From assembly GCA_016928835.1 (NCBI GenBank), contig JAFGJW010000001.1, forward strand, positions 86,306 to 150,305: a stretch of DNA of 64,000 bases, in the 5' to 3' direction. Both the position numbers and the translations under genes were made by a program. Shown here piece by piece: positions 48,230 through 57,932 of the stretch (within the stretch, counting starts at the first letter, position 1; each line of letters starts with the position of its first letter). Under the pieces are notes generated by a model, which was given only the letters and a program-made list of their open reading frames with translations, had not been told where the DNA came from and ran no database searches. Source of the stretch: Candidatus Woesearchaeota archaeon (lineage in GTDB: Archaea; Nanobdellota; Nanobdellia; Woesearchaeales; GW2011-AR15).

Positions 48230-49990
48230 TTAGTCTCTGGCTGATTTCTCGCTATCCCAAATATGCTTTTGGTTATCTTCTCTCTTTACAAGAAATTTGT
48301 CAATAACAAGGTAATCTATCCCTGTGCCCATCATGCACCTGTAAGCATCATAAGGCGTGCATACAATCGGCTCTCCTCTGATATTGAATGAGGTATTGAT
48401 CAATATTGGTATCTTGCCTAATTTGCCAAACTCTTTTATTAAATCATAATACAAAGGATTCTGGCTTCTTCTTATTGTTTGGAGTCTTCCTGAACCGTCT
48501 ATATGCGTTACAGATGGAATTTTCTTATGCCACTTTTTTTTGACGGGATATACCATAAGCATAAAGTCTGTTGGTGCAGGTACTGGTTTGTCACATTCAA
48601 AATATTCTAGAGCGTCATCTTCGCATACCACTGGGGCAAAAGGACGGAACTTTTCCCTGTGCTTTACTTTCAGGTTGAGCAGATCCTGGGCCTCAGGGTT
48701 GCATGGATTGGCAAGTATGCTCCTTGAGCCAAGTGCCCTTGGTCCCCATTCCATCCTCCCTTGGAACCAGCCAATAACATTGTTTTGAAGAATTAGTTTT
48801 GCGGTTTTCTGAATTAACTCCTGCCTGTTTTTGAATATATTATATTTAATTTTGTTGTTTTCTAGAAACCTCTTAATCTCTGTTTTAGAATAAGAAGGTC
48901 CTAGAAAGGCATTATCCTGGATGTATGTTCTCTTATTCCTAAGGAGCGTGTAGTAAATGTAAGACACAACACCAATGCTTGTACCAGCATCTCCTGCAGC
49001 TGGTTGTATCCAGACATTTTTAAATGCAGTTTGCTGCAGAATCTTGCCGTTTGCAACACTGTTTAATCCGCACCCTCCTGCTATTGTAATATTCTCACAT
49101 TCTGTTTCTTTATGCACATAATTCAGCATTTTTGTAAACACTTCTTCATAGATTAGTTGAAGAGCAGCAGCAATATCCTTGTGTCTTTGTGTTAGTTTTT
49201 CAGAATACTGCCTTACACCCCCGCCAAGTAATTTACATAATTTCCTAGAAGGCATTCTGTCTGCGTATTGATATACAAAATAACTCATATCCAAATAATA
49301 ACTCCCGTCGTCTTTTATGTCAATTACTTTTTTCAATCTCCTATAATAAGTGTTGGTTCTTGAGTTCTTATTGCCATAGGCCGAGAGCCCCATGACCTTA
49401 TACTCTGAGTTGTTAACCTTAAAGCCGAGATAGGCAGTTATCGCAGAGTAAAGCAAGCCAAGAGAATGAGGAAACCTGATTTCTTTCATTAAATTTATTT
49501 CATTTGCATCCCCGGCACCATATGATGTGGTGGTCCATTCTCCAACACCATCTACTGTTAATATTGCCGCTTTTTTAAAAGGGCTAACCAAAAAACAGCT
49601 TGCGGCGTGAGCAAGATGATGCTGAATAAAAAGTACATCCCCTTTATATTTCAATTCCTTTTTAATCTTTTTAGTGACTCTTAGCTTATCATTCACCCAT
49701 GAAGGCATTGAACTCAGAAATGTCTTAAGACTATGTGGAAAAAACTGCAGGTGCTGAGACAGCACTCTCTCGAATTTCAGAAGGGGTTTCTCATAGAAAC
49801 CAATATAACTTAGCTTGTTGGCAGAAATGCCCTGGCTTTGCAGACAATATTTGATTGCATTTACAGGAAAAGAAGTATCATGTTTTTTTCTAGTGAAACG
49901 TTCTTCTTCTGCAGCTGCCACAATTTTTCCGTCTTTCAACAATGCAGCTGAGGAATCATGATAGTAACAGCTTATTCCTAAAATGTACAT
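48230..49990 (-). CDS. NodU/CmcH-family carbamoyltransferase
   Basis: Near-canonical N-terminus (MYILGISCYYHDSSAALLKDGKIVAAAEEERFTRKKHDTSFP) and a 586-aa two-domain layout (Kae1-like N-terminal, carbamoyltransferase C-terminal). Confidence 0.85.
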   Translation of the reverse strand: MYILGISCYYHDSSAALLKDGKIVAAAEEERFTRKKHDTSFPVNAIKYCLQSQGISANKLSYIGFYEKPLLKFERVLSQHLQFFPHSLKTFLSSMPSWVNDKLRVTKKIKKELKYKGDVLFIQHHLAHAASCFLVSPFKKAAILTVDGVGEWTTTSYGAGDANEINLMKEIRFPHSLGLLYSAITAYLGFKVNNSEYKVMGLSAYGNKNSRTNTYYRRLKKVIDIKDDGSYYLDMSYFVYQYADRMPSRKLCKLLGGGVRQYSEKLTQRHKDIAAALQLIYEEVFTKMLNYVHKETECENITIAGGCGLNSVANGKILQQTAFKNVWIQPAAGDAGTSIGVVSYIYYTLLRNKRTYIQDNAFLGPSYSKTEIKRFLENNKIKYNIFKNRQELIQKTAKLILQNNVIGWFQGRMEWGPRALGSRSILANPCNPEAQDLLNLKVKHREKFRPFAPVVCEDDALEYFECDKPVPAPTDFMLMVYPVKKKWHKKIPSVTHIDGSGRLQTIRRSQNPLYYDLIKEFGKLGKIPILINTSFNIRGEPIVCTPYDAYRCMMGTGIDYLVIDKFLVKREDNQKHIWDSEKSARD

Positions 49991-50001
49991 ATTTTATCAC
50001 A

Positions 50002-50247
50002 TTAAAATTGCCTGTAATATTCTTCAATAGGCTTTTGTGTCAAATTCAACCCTGACCAATAGGTGTCCCTGCTCTTTTTTTCTTGGTAATCAAGAAACCT
50101 TTTATTTGATAGTTTGGCAATTACTGATACAATCCCTACACCAATTAAATAAACAATAAAAAGCAAGAGTGAATTAACAATAATACTAATGTTCTCTCCG
50201 AAAGCCTTGCTGCCTTTCTTAAAACCTTTAGTAAATTGTGTTATCAT
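50002..50247 (-). CDS. small membrane protein (1 TM); possible C-terminal half of an SxtJ-like partner
   Basis: Starts at the internal Met MITQFTKGF of ORF 50002-50292. That ATG overlaps the stop of the upstream 67-aa ORF (ATGA). Confidence 0.3.
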   Translation of the reverse strand: MITQFTKGFKKGSKAFGENISIIVNSLLLFIVYLIGVGIVSVIAKLSNKRFLDYQEKKSRDTYWSGLNLTQKPIEEYYRQF

Positions 50248-50447
50248 CCTAACACCTTTTTGAGACCTGTGCCAATAACTACAATGCCGCATGAAATTCC
50301 TGGCACAAGATATTTGCTAATGCTTGGATTAATTCTATGTGTTAGAATTAAAATAAAATATAGTATAATAGTAAAAACAAGGAAACTGGTAATATATCCT
50401 GTGATGCAACCAATTGCCTCAGTACAATCTCCCTTCATCTTGTCCAA
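50244..50447 (-). CDS. small membrane protein (2 TM)
   Basis: Hydrophobic 67-aa ORF between the DUF5989-like sORF and the carbamoyltransferase. Together with 50002-50247 it totals approx 148 aa. Confidence 0.3.
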   Translation of the reverse strand: MDKMKGDCTEAIGCITGYITSFLVFTIILYFILILTHRINPSISKYLVPGISCGIVVIGTGLKKVLG

Positions 50448-50489
50448 TCTATAAAAAAAACTTTTGTTTATTAAACTATGGGTACAGCC

Positions 50490-50651
50490 TCAGAAGAGCG
50501 CATAAATAAATGGGCTTACCGAAGAACTTGAGCCCACGATAATTAATATTCCTACAAGGACAAGCATGATAATGATTGGTGTAAGCCACCATACTTTCCT
50601 TATTTTTAAAAATTCCCAGAGTTCCAATAATAATGATCTGTTTTTTGCCAT
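50490..50651 (-). CDS. DUF5989/SxtK-like small protein (53 aa), not in the supplied ORF track
   Basis: Manual minus-strand translation gives MAKNRSLLLELWEFLKIRKVWWLTPIIIMLVLVGILIIVGSSSSVSPFIYALF*. The ELWEFL.IRK..WL.PII...PFIY.LF pattern matches the small family that typically accompanies carbamoyltransferases. The listed ORF 50476-50706 is a different frame and is spurious. Confidence 0.55.
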   Translation of the reverse strand: MAKNRSLLLELWEFLKIRKVWWLTPIIIMLVLVGILIIVGSSSSVSPFIYALF

Positions 50652-50750
50652 TTATTGATTGATTTTTTAGATAATATTTATTCTTTTTTATTTTTTTCTG
50701 TTGCATTAAAAAACAAAGCTTTTTAAATTATTTGAGTTTCCCTACACTTT

Positions 50751-51026
50751 ATGGAGATAACCATTCTCGAAGACAAAAAGAACCGCCTAGTATTTGAAAT
50801 AAAAGACGAGAACCATACCCTATGCAATCTTTTAAGAGAGGAGTTATGGAATGATAAATCTGTTAAGGTCTCTGCTTATAATATAAGTCATCCGCTTGTT
50901 ATGATCCCAAAATTTATTATTGAAACAGACAGTAAAAAAAATCCTAAGGCTGCATTAAAAGCTGCTATTAAGAGAATAAAAGACAAAAATGCGGACCTTA
51001 AAAAACAGGCTAAGAAACTTAAATAA
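50751..51026 (+). CDS. rpoL: DNA-directed RNA polymerase subunit L (Rpo11/RpoL)
   Basis: EDHTLCNLLREEL...VSAYNISHPL matches the Rpb11/RpoL signature. Confidence 0.7.
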   Translation: MEITILEDKKNRLVFEIKDENHTLCNLLREELWNDKSVKVSAYNISHPLVMIPKFIIETDSKKNPKAALKAAIKRIKDKNADLKKQAKKLK

Positions 51027-51027
51027 A

Positions 51028-51618
51028 ATGCTCTCACTTAACGAGGGAAAACTTCTTGTTGAACTTGCCAGGCACTCTATTAAAACATATTTTTCTGGAA
51101 AAAACCTTAATTTGGAAAATGTAAGAGAATTTTCCAATAAGCAAGGAGTTTTTGTTACTTTACACAAGTATGGAAATCTGAGAGGTTGTATCGGTTACCC
51201 AGAACCTGCTCTGCAATTGTATAAGGCAATTGTGCAAGCAGCAAGAGCAGCTGCATTCCAGGACCCAAGATTTGCACCTCTGCAAGAAAATGAGTTGGAC
51301 GAAGTTGATGTTGAAATCAGTGTATTAACAGTACCTAAGCTAATTGAAGTGAAGGAACCAAAAGAGTATTTGGATAAAATAAAGATTGGTGAAGATGGCT
51401 TGATAATCAGAGCTGGCTTTGCATCTGGACTCCTTTTGCCACAAGTTTTTCCACAATATGATGCAACTCCAAAACAAGCACTTGAAATGACATGCCAGAA
51501 AGCAGGATTAGGCAGAGATGCTTGGAAAGATTTAGACAATAAAATTTACACGTTTCAGGCACAGATATTTGCAGAAGAAGAGCCGAACGGGAATATTGTT
51601 GAAGGGAAGAGTGATTAA
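51028..51618 (+). CDS. AMMECR1-domain protein
   Basis: LRGCIGYPEP motif. The start is placed at the ATG immediately after the rpoL stop, because the ORF-track start at 50989 overlaps rpoL. Confidence 0.75.
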   Translation: MLSLNEGKLLVELARHSIKTYFSGKNLNLENVREFSNKQGVFVTLHKYGNLRGCIGYPEPALQLYKAIVQAARAAAFQDPRFAPLQENELDEVDVEISVLTVPKLIEVKEPKEYLDKIKIGEDGLIIRAGFASGLLLPQVFPQYDATPKQALEMTCQKAGLGRDAWKDLDNKIYTFQAQIFAEEEPNGNIVEGKSD

Positions 51619-51651
51619 CCTTAATAACTACCTTCCATTTCTTAAATTAAA

Positions 51652-52269
51652 ATGAACAAAATACTTTCCAACTTAGAAAAAAATAACTTCAGCGTTTTCT
51701 TTACACAAACAAAACAAGAAGCAGTTGAAAAAGCACTTTCTCTAATTCCTCTTAATTCAACAATTGGCTTTGGCGGCTCTATGAGTGTTGAGCAGATTGG
51801 TTTGAAAGAAGCATTGGTCAAAGGAGAAAAACAAGGAAAATACAAATTATATGATCAATACAAACCAGGGATCAGCAGAGAAAAAAATCTGGCAATAAGA
51901 TACAAAGGAATGCAGGCTGATGTTTTCATTACAGGAACAAATGCAATTACAGAAAAAGGCGAACTGGTTAATATCGATGGTTTTGGCAACAGGGTTGCTG
52001 CACAGATATGCGGGCCAAAAAAAGTAGTAATTATCGCTGGAAAAAATAAGGTTGTTAAGAATTATGAACAAGCTATTAAAAGAATAAAGAGAATTGCAGC
52101 GCCATTAAATGCCAAAAGATTAAATAAAAAAACACCATGTGTTAGAACTGGAAGGTGTATGAGCTGCGATAGTGTGGATAGAATCTGTAACTATACAACG
52201 ATTATCCACAAATCAAGACCAGAAGACAGGATTAGTGTAATTATTGTCAACCAAGATTTAGGTCTTTAA
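51652..52269 (+). CDS. LUD-domain (LutC/YkgG, DUF162) protein
   Basis: IGFGGSMS ... ADVFITGTNAITEKGELVN ... C-terminal CxxGxCxxC cluster. Confidence 0.6.
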   Translation: MNKILSNLEKNNFSVFFTQTKQEAVEKALSLIPLNSTIGFGGSMSVEQIGLKEALVKGEKQGKYKLYDQYKPGISREKNLAIRYKGMQADVFITGTNAITEKGELVNIDGFGNRVAAQICGPKKVVIIAGKNKVVKNYEQAIKRIKRIAAPLNAKRLNKKTPCVRTGRCMSCDSVDRICNYTTIIHKSRPEDRISVIIVNQDLGL

Positions 52270-53541
52270 CAATCTATAAAATAAGAAACCAAATAGTGTC
52301 ATAATTACCCCGGAAATAATAACAATGAGTTCTAAATTAAAAATCATCAATAGGGTAGTGGCAAAACCTACTAATGCAAGCAATGGGAACTTCCCAATAT
52401 TAAAAGGCTCGCGAAACATTTCATGCCGGTGTTTAATATAACGCGATTTAATCAACGCTAGATTTATTAGTGTAAACACAATAAACACAGAAAAATTGGT
52501 TATTTCTGCAACAACTTCAATATTCCCTACTAGAACAAAAGCTATTGTCGCAAGAGCAGAAACCATTATTGCTAAGTGGGGCGTACTTGTCCTCTTATTA
52601 ATCTTTGAAAGGAAGTTTAGTTTAGAATAGTCGTGGCTCATACTGTAGAGCATTCTTGACATCGCGATTAATAACATTAAAACTGTGTTAGCTGTAGACA
52701 CTATGGCAATCACACTTACTATGTACCAGGCATATTCTCCAATTGCAGACTGAGCTACTTCTGCAAGAGGTGCTCTTGATGTGGCAAGACTGGACCAGCT
52801 AAGAGTACTTATTGAAGATATGCCAACAAGGATATAAATCAAAGAGCTGATTCCAAGAGAGAGCAATAGTGCTATGGGTATATTTTTTCGAGGATTTTTT
52901 GTTTCTTCAGAAAGTTTAACTACGCTCTCAAAGCCAATAAATGCAAAAAATATCAGCGAGCTTGCTTTCAAAACACCAACAAAACTCGGTATGTCAAAAT
53001 AATCAATCTTCCCTAATTTTGGTACTGAAGAGACTATTATGATAATTAGCCCAAGCAGACTTAGTATTGTACATATGATATTAATTTTTATTGACTGCCT
53101 TATACCAATGAAATTTATTAAAGAGAATAAAATTATGGAGACAATCGCAATAGGCACGATTGAGCTCAAACCAAAAAACGCATTTAAATAACCAGAGAAA
53201 CCAAGGGCAACTGCAGCAGCCCCAATAATCAGAGACAAAATAACTAAGTACCCTACAACAAATGCTACCTTTTTCCCATAGGTATGCTCAACATAGCTGT
53301 ACTCTCCAGAGTCTTCGGAATATATGGAAGAAAGCTCAGCATAGCTTAATCCTGTAAGATAAGCAACAAAAGCAGATATTAGAAAAGAAATCCATAAACC
53401 ATTTCCAGCATGACCGGCAGCAGCCCCAATTAACACATAAATGCCTGCACCAACTATTATGCCAACACCAGCAATTGTAGCATCAAATAACCCCAAGTCA
53501 CGTCTTAAAGTGATTCCCTCTCTTTTATGTTTTCTCAGCAT
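52258..53541 (-). CDS. APC-superfamily amino acid/polyamine permease
   Basis: 427 aa, 12 predicted TMs and an N-terminal GAGIYVLIG motif. Confidence 0.7.
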   Translation of the reverse strand: MLRKHKREGITLRRDLGLFDATIAGVGIIVGAGIYVLIGAAAGHAGNGLWISFLISAFVAYLTGLSYAELSSIYSEDSGEYSYVEHTYGKKVAFVVGYLVILSLIIGAAAVALGFSGYLNAFFGLSSIVPIAIVSIILFSLINFIGIRQSIKINIICTILSLLGLIIIIVSSVPKLGKIDYFDIPSFVGVLKASSLIFFAFIGFESVVKLSEETKNPRKNIPIALLLSLGISSLIYILVGISSISTLSWSSLATSRAPLAEVAQSAIGEYAWYIVSVIAIVSTANTVLMLLIAMSRMLYSMSHDYSKLNFLSKINKRTSTPHLAIMVSALATIAFVLVGNIEVVAEITNFSVFIVFTLINLALIKSRYIKHRHEMFREPFNIGKFPLLALVGFATTLLMIFNLELIVIISGVIMTLFGFLFYRLLKT

Positions 53542-53606
53542 TACTAATTCAAGAATATATGAGGTTTATAATGTTTTTGATTATTGATACAAATAATATT
53601 TCGTTG

Positions 53607-53969
53607 CTATCTCCGGCGCAGTTGTTCAGCTTTCTTCCTTAGTTGTTCGAAATAAGGGTTGTTTGTAATCTCTGAGACTTGGGCTGCTACTCTCTTCTCA
53701 TCTATTTCTATTTTCAATTCATCTGCACTAAGCTTTTCGATCAACATCAATAAAGCTTTTACATCTCTTTCCACTTGCTGTGTCCATAGTATGTTGAATT
53801 TTGCTTCGAATTCCTTATTTCTCTGTCCTGCTCTTCGATAAGTAATAAGTTCTCCTAGGATTTTCTTTGCTTCTGTAATGTGGGGCGTCTCTAACTCGCT
53901 TAGCACTTGTAGGATATTGTTCATGTCCTCAATTAAGATTTTTTCCCATTTTATCTCCCCATGAGCCAT
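53607..53969 (-). CDS. hypothetical coiled-coil protein
   Basis: Starts at the internal Met MAHGEIKWEK of ORF 53607-54035. The N-terminal 22 aa of the listed ORF are hydrophobic low-complexity. No recognised domain. Confidence 0.3.
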   Translation of the reverse strand: MAHGEIKWEKILIEDMNNILQVLSELETPHITEAKKILGELITYRRAGQRNKEFEAKFNILWTQQVERDVKALLMLIEKLSADELKIEIDEKRVAAQVSEITNNPYFEQLRKKAEQLRRR

Positions 53970-54063
53970 TTTATCTTTTTTAGTATATTCAATATATAAA
54001 ACTATTGTAAGATTCATCACAAGATTTAAATACACTCCTTAAATCACTCTGATTGGGGGTTTA

Positions 54064-55092
54064 ATGACAGGAATTATTGGTTGGGGCGCTTACATTCCTC
54101 ATTATAGAATTAAGGCAGAGGAGATTGCCAAAGCACAAGGTCAGGACGCAGATACAATTAAATCAGGCTTAAGAATAGAGGAAAAATCAGTGCCTGGAAT
54201 TGATGAAGATTCGGCGACTATTGCAGTTGAGGCTGCAAAGAATGCACTCAAACGAGCGAACATACTTCCAACAGAGATAGGTGCTATCTATCTCGGCTCA
54301 GAGAGCCATCCTTATGCTGTCAAGCCGACAGGCACAATTGTTGCTCAGGCAATAGGCATGTCAAACAATTACACTACAGCAGACTTGGAATTTGCATGCA
54401 AAGCAGGAACAGCAGCACTGCAGATAATATATGCAATGGTCAAATCAGATATGATAAGATATGGCCTTGCGGGAGGCATTGATACTGCGCAGGCAGCACC
54501 TGGCGATCCTTTGGAATATACTGCAGCAGCAGGCGGAGCTGTTTTTATTCTTGGCAGAGAAAATATTGTAGCAGAAATTAAGGACACAGTTTCATTTACC
54601 TCTGACACACCTGATTTTTGGAGAAGAGCTTATCAGAAATACCCTTCGCATGGTGGTGCATTCACTGGAGAGCCGGCTTATTTTAAACACATAATAAATG
54701 CAACAGAACTCTTATTGAAAAAGGTCAATAAAAAACCAACTGATTACACTTATGCAATATTTCACCAGCCAAACGGCAAGTTTCCTGTAAGAGTTGCAAA
54801 GAAACTTGGGTTTAACAATGAGCAGATATTGCCGGGCCTGCTTGTCCCAAAGATTGGCAATACCTATTCAGGAAGCTCAATTCTTGGGTTGGCGGCAGTG
54901 CTTGATATTGCCAAACCAGGCGACACCATTCTTGTCACTTCATATGGGAGCGGAGCAGGTTCTGACAGCTTTGATATTGAAGTCACTGATCAGATATTGA
55001 GAATAAGGAATAAATCACAATCAGTACAGGATTATATTGATAATATAAAATATATTGACTACGCAACATACCTGAAATACACAAAAAAATAA
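54064..55092 (+). CDS. archaeal-type HMG-CoA synthase
   Basis: [19 protein letters not shown]...[24 protein letters not shown] matches archaeal HMGCS. Confidence 0.85.
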   Translation: MTGIIGWGAYIPHYRIKAEEIAKAQGQDADTIKSGLRIEEKSVPGIDEDSATIAVEAAKNALKRANILPTEIGAIYLGSESHPYAVKPTGTIVAQAIGMSNNYTTADLEFACKAGTAALQIIYAMVKSDMIRYGLAGGIDTAQAAPGDPLEYTAAAGGAVFILGRENIVAEIKDTVSFTSDTPDFWRRAYQKYPSHGGAFTGEPAYFKHIINATELLLKKVNKKPTDYTYAIFHQPNGKFPVRVAKKLGFNNEQILPGLLVPKIGNTYSGSSILGLAAVLDIAKPGDTILVTSYGSGAGSDSFDIEVTDQILRIRNKSQSVQDYIDNIKYIDYATYLKYTKK

Positions 55093-55093
55093 A

Positions 55094-56248
55094 ATGAGAG
55101 ATGTGGCAATTATCGGGGTTGGCCAGACAAAGTTTGGACAATTATGGGACAAGAGCTTGACAAATTTAGCAGTAGAGGCAGGAGTAAAGGCATGTTTGGA
55201 TGCTAATATTGACCAGAAAGATGTAGAGGTCATTTATGGCGGCACTATGTCAGGCGGTCTTTTTGTTAATCAGGAGCATATTGCCTCTTTGCTGTCAGAT
55301 TTTTCCGGTTTTAAGAATATTCCAAGCATAAGAGTAGAGGCTGCTTGCGCTTCAGGCGGCCTTGCACTGAGGCAGGCTTATATAGACATTGCCAGCGGAC
55401 TGCATGATATTGCAGTTGTCGGTGGTGTTGAGAAGATGACAGACATTGGAGGTCATTCTGTGACAAAAGCCCTGGCAACTGCAGCATCTCAGGAGTGGGA
55501 AGCATTTTTCGGAGCAACTTTTCCAGGATTGTATGCAATGATTGCAAAGCTACATATGCATAAATATAAAACAACAGAGGAGCAGCTGGCAATGTGCGCT
55601 GTTAAAAACCATAAGAATGCGCTGAATAATCCTTTTGCGCAGTTTCATAAGAAAATTCAGGTTGAGGATGTCTTGAATTCAACAATGGTTGCAGATCCAT
55701 TAAAATTGTTTGATTGCTCGCCTGTTTCAGATGGGGCTGCAGCTGTTGTGCTGGCCAGTAAGCAAAAAGCAAAGGAGTTGTGCGATGCCCCTGTGTGGAT
55801 TTCCGGATCAGGTCATGCCACAGATGCTTTGTCTTTGCATGACAGAGAAGATATTACCACCTTGAAAGCAACCGTAGAAGCTGCAAAACAAGCTTATGTC
55901 CAGGCAAAAATTGGACCAAAAGACATTGGTTGTGTGGAAGTACATGACTGCTTTACAATAGCTGAGATATGTGCTATTGAAGACCTTGGTTTCTGTAAAA
56001 AAGGAGAGGGGGGCAGGTTTACTGAGCAGGGTAATACAGAGATAGGCGGAAGGATTCCAGTAAATACTTCTGGCGGGCTTAAAGCAAAGGGCCATCCTGT
56101 AGGTGCTACTGGAGTTGCACAGACAATCGAGGCAGTACTGCAATTAAGAGGGGAAGCTAATGGTAGAAATACTAATGCTGAGATTGCCATGATGCACAAT
56201 ATCGGCGGATCAGGAGGAACTGCAGTGGTACATATATTCCGGAGATAG
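55094..56248 (+). CDS. acetyl-CoA C-acetyltransferase (thiolase)
   Basis: [16 protein letters not shown]-terminus with active-site Cys blocks (VEAACASGG; GHPVGATG). Confidence 0.85.
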   Translation: MRDVAIIGVGQTKFGQLWDKSLTNLAVEAGVKACLDANIDQKDVEVIYGGTMSGGLFVNQEHIASLLSDFSGFKNIPSIRVEAACASGGLALRQAYIDIASGLHDIAVVGGVEKMTDIGGHSVTKALATAASQEWEAFFGATFPGLYAMIAKLHMHKYKTTEEQLAMCAVKNHKNALNNPFAQFHKKIQVEDVLNSTMVADPLKLFDCSPVSDGAAAVVLASKQKAKELCDAPVWISGSGHATDALSLHDREDITTLKATVEAAKQAYVQAKIGPKDIGCVEVHDCFTIAEICAIEDLGFCKKGEGGRFTEQGNTEIGGRIPVNTSGGLKAKGHPVGATGVAQTIEAVLQLRGEANGRNTNAEIAMMHNIGGSGGTAVVHIFRR

Positions 56249-56256
56249 CAAAGAAA

Positions 56257-56673
56257 ATGACAGTTTCAAAGTTTTGGCGCAATATACCACAGTATTATAA
56301 TCTAATTGGGAAGAAATGTCCTGAATGCAATAGCTACTATTTTCCTCCGAGAGATGTCTGCTCACAATGTGGCAATCACAAATTAGAGGAACACAAATTT
56401 GATGGCAGGGGAGAGATTGTAACTTTCACAATAATCCGGACTCCCCTTATGGATCCTGAGGGAGAGGTGATTGATATTCACGCACAGACCATCCCATATA
56501 TTCTGGCAATTGTTAAATTGGAAGAGGGCCCTAAACTGACGGCAGAGATTGTTGACTGTGAAATTGATGAAGTGAAAATCGGAAAAGAGGTTGGGGCTGT
56601 CTTTAGGAAAATAGTTGAAAAAGGTCCACACGGAGTTATTCAATATGGCTACAAATTCAAGCTTGTCAGATAA
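56257..56673 (+). CDS. DUF35 OB-fold/zinc-ribbon protein (thiolase-HMGCS scaffold)
   Basis: CPECN...CSQCG ribbon plus OB fold, in the conserved position next to thiolase/HMGCS. Confidence 0.75.
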   Translation: MTVSKFWRNIPQYYNLIGKKCPECNSYYFPPRDVCSQCGNHKLEEHKFDGRGEIVTFTIIRTPLMDPEGEVIDIHAQTIPYILAIVKLEEGPKLTAEIVDCEIDEVKIGKEVGAVFRKIVEKGPHGVIQYGYKFKLVR

Positions 56674-57871
56674 AGAGATAATTGGTAAATTAGTTAATAA
56701 AGAAATTAAATTCTATGAGATTGATGATCTAGTTGGAGAGACAAGAGCTTCAAAGATAAGGTTGTGTGCAATTCAAAAAATATTAAATATCAATTTACCT
56801 ACTATTAGTTCTTATTCAATTTCTCCTGAAAACTGCAAATCAAATATTGAGAACATGATTGGTGCTGCGCAAGTGCCTATTGGAATAGCCGGCCCTATCA
56901 AAATAAATGGCGAGTTTGCAAAAGGAGAATTTTTCTTGCCTTTAGCAACGACAGAAGGAGCATTAGTTGCGTCTATTAACAGAGGTTGTTCTCTGATAAG
57001 TAAATCCGGTGGCGCGACTGCCTGTATCTTGAAATCAGCTCAGACTCGTTCATTGTTATTCAAAGCTAAGTCTGTAAAATATACAAAAAGATTTGTCTTG
57101 TGGGTTGAAAAAAATTATAATAAGCTTAAAGAGATTGCAGAGTCGACAAGCAATCATCTTGCTTTGATTAGAATCAAACCATATGTTGTAAGCACAAATA
57201 TTTGGCTGAGGCTGGAGGCAGATACTGGAGAAGCAATGGGTATGAATATGCTTACTATTGCTGGAAAAGAAGTTGGTGATTATATTGAAAAAGAAGTTGA
57301 TTTTATTGAATTTGTCTCTGAATCAGGGAATCTATGCGTTGATAAAAAACCAGCAGCAATTAATTTGTTTGAAGGAAGAGGCAAGTCAGTTCTTGCAGAA
57401 GTTTTGATAGAAAAGGATATTGTTGAAAAATATCTAAAGACTAGTCCTGAGAATATTGTTGATTTGAATTACAGAAAAAACTATCTTGGAAGCGCTCTTG
57501 CAGGCAGTCTTGGCTATAACGCTCATTTTGCAAATACTGTTGCTGCAATGTATCTTGCTGCTGGCCAGGACATGGCTCATGTTGTTGAAGGCTCTCTTGG
57601 TTTAACAACAGCAGAGATACAAGAGGACAAATTGTATTTTTCAATTACTCTCCCATGCTTGCAAGTTGGTGTAATCGGAGGCGGAACTAGAATAGAAACA
57701 CAGAAAGAATGCTTGAAAATATTAGGTGTTGATCAAGCTACAGAAAATGGCTCTAATTCAAAAAAACTGGCAGAAATAATTGCTGCGGCGGTTCTTGCTG
57801 GTGAGCTTTCATTACTTGGAGCGCAGGCAGCTGGGCACCTGGCAAAAGCGCATAAGAGACTTAACAGATAA
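56645..57871 (+). CDS. hmgA: HMG-CoA reductase
   Basis: ENMIGAAQVPIGIAGPIKING...LPLATTEGALVASINRG and DAMGMNM motifs. Start taken at ATG 56645 (MATNSS); an upstream in-frame ATG exists at 56615. Confidence 0.85.
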   Translation: MATNSSLSDKEIIGKLVNKEIKFYEIDDLVGETRASKIRLCAIQKILNINLPTISSYSISPENCKSNIENMIGAAQVPIGIAGPIKINGEFAKGEFFLPLATTEGALVASINRGCSLISKSGGATACILKSAQTRSLLFKAKSVKYTKRFVLWVEKNYNKLKEIAESTSNHLALIRIKPYVVSTNIWLRLEADTGEAMGMNMLTIAGKEVGDYIEKEVDFIEFVSESGNLCVDKKPAAINLFEGRGKSVLAEVLIEKDIVEKYLKTSPENIVDLNYRKNYLGSALAGSLGYNAHFANTVAAMYLAAGQDMAHVVEGSLGLTTAEIQEDKLYFSITLPCLQVGVIGGGTRIETQKECLKILGVDQATENGSNSKKLAEIIAAAVLAGELSLLGAQAAGHLAKAHKRLNR

Positions 57872-57932
57872 CATTTCTTATTTTTAGAAAGATATATATA
57901 CTTTAAGACAAAGAAAAAAATTAGGTGATAAT

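Noticed and set aside
50476-50706. Listed 76-aa minus-strand ORF
   Set aside because: It is in the wrong frame. The conserved-looking product is the 53-aa peptide in another minus-strand frame (50490-50651).
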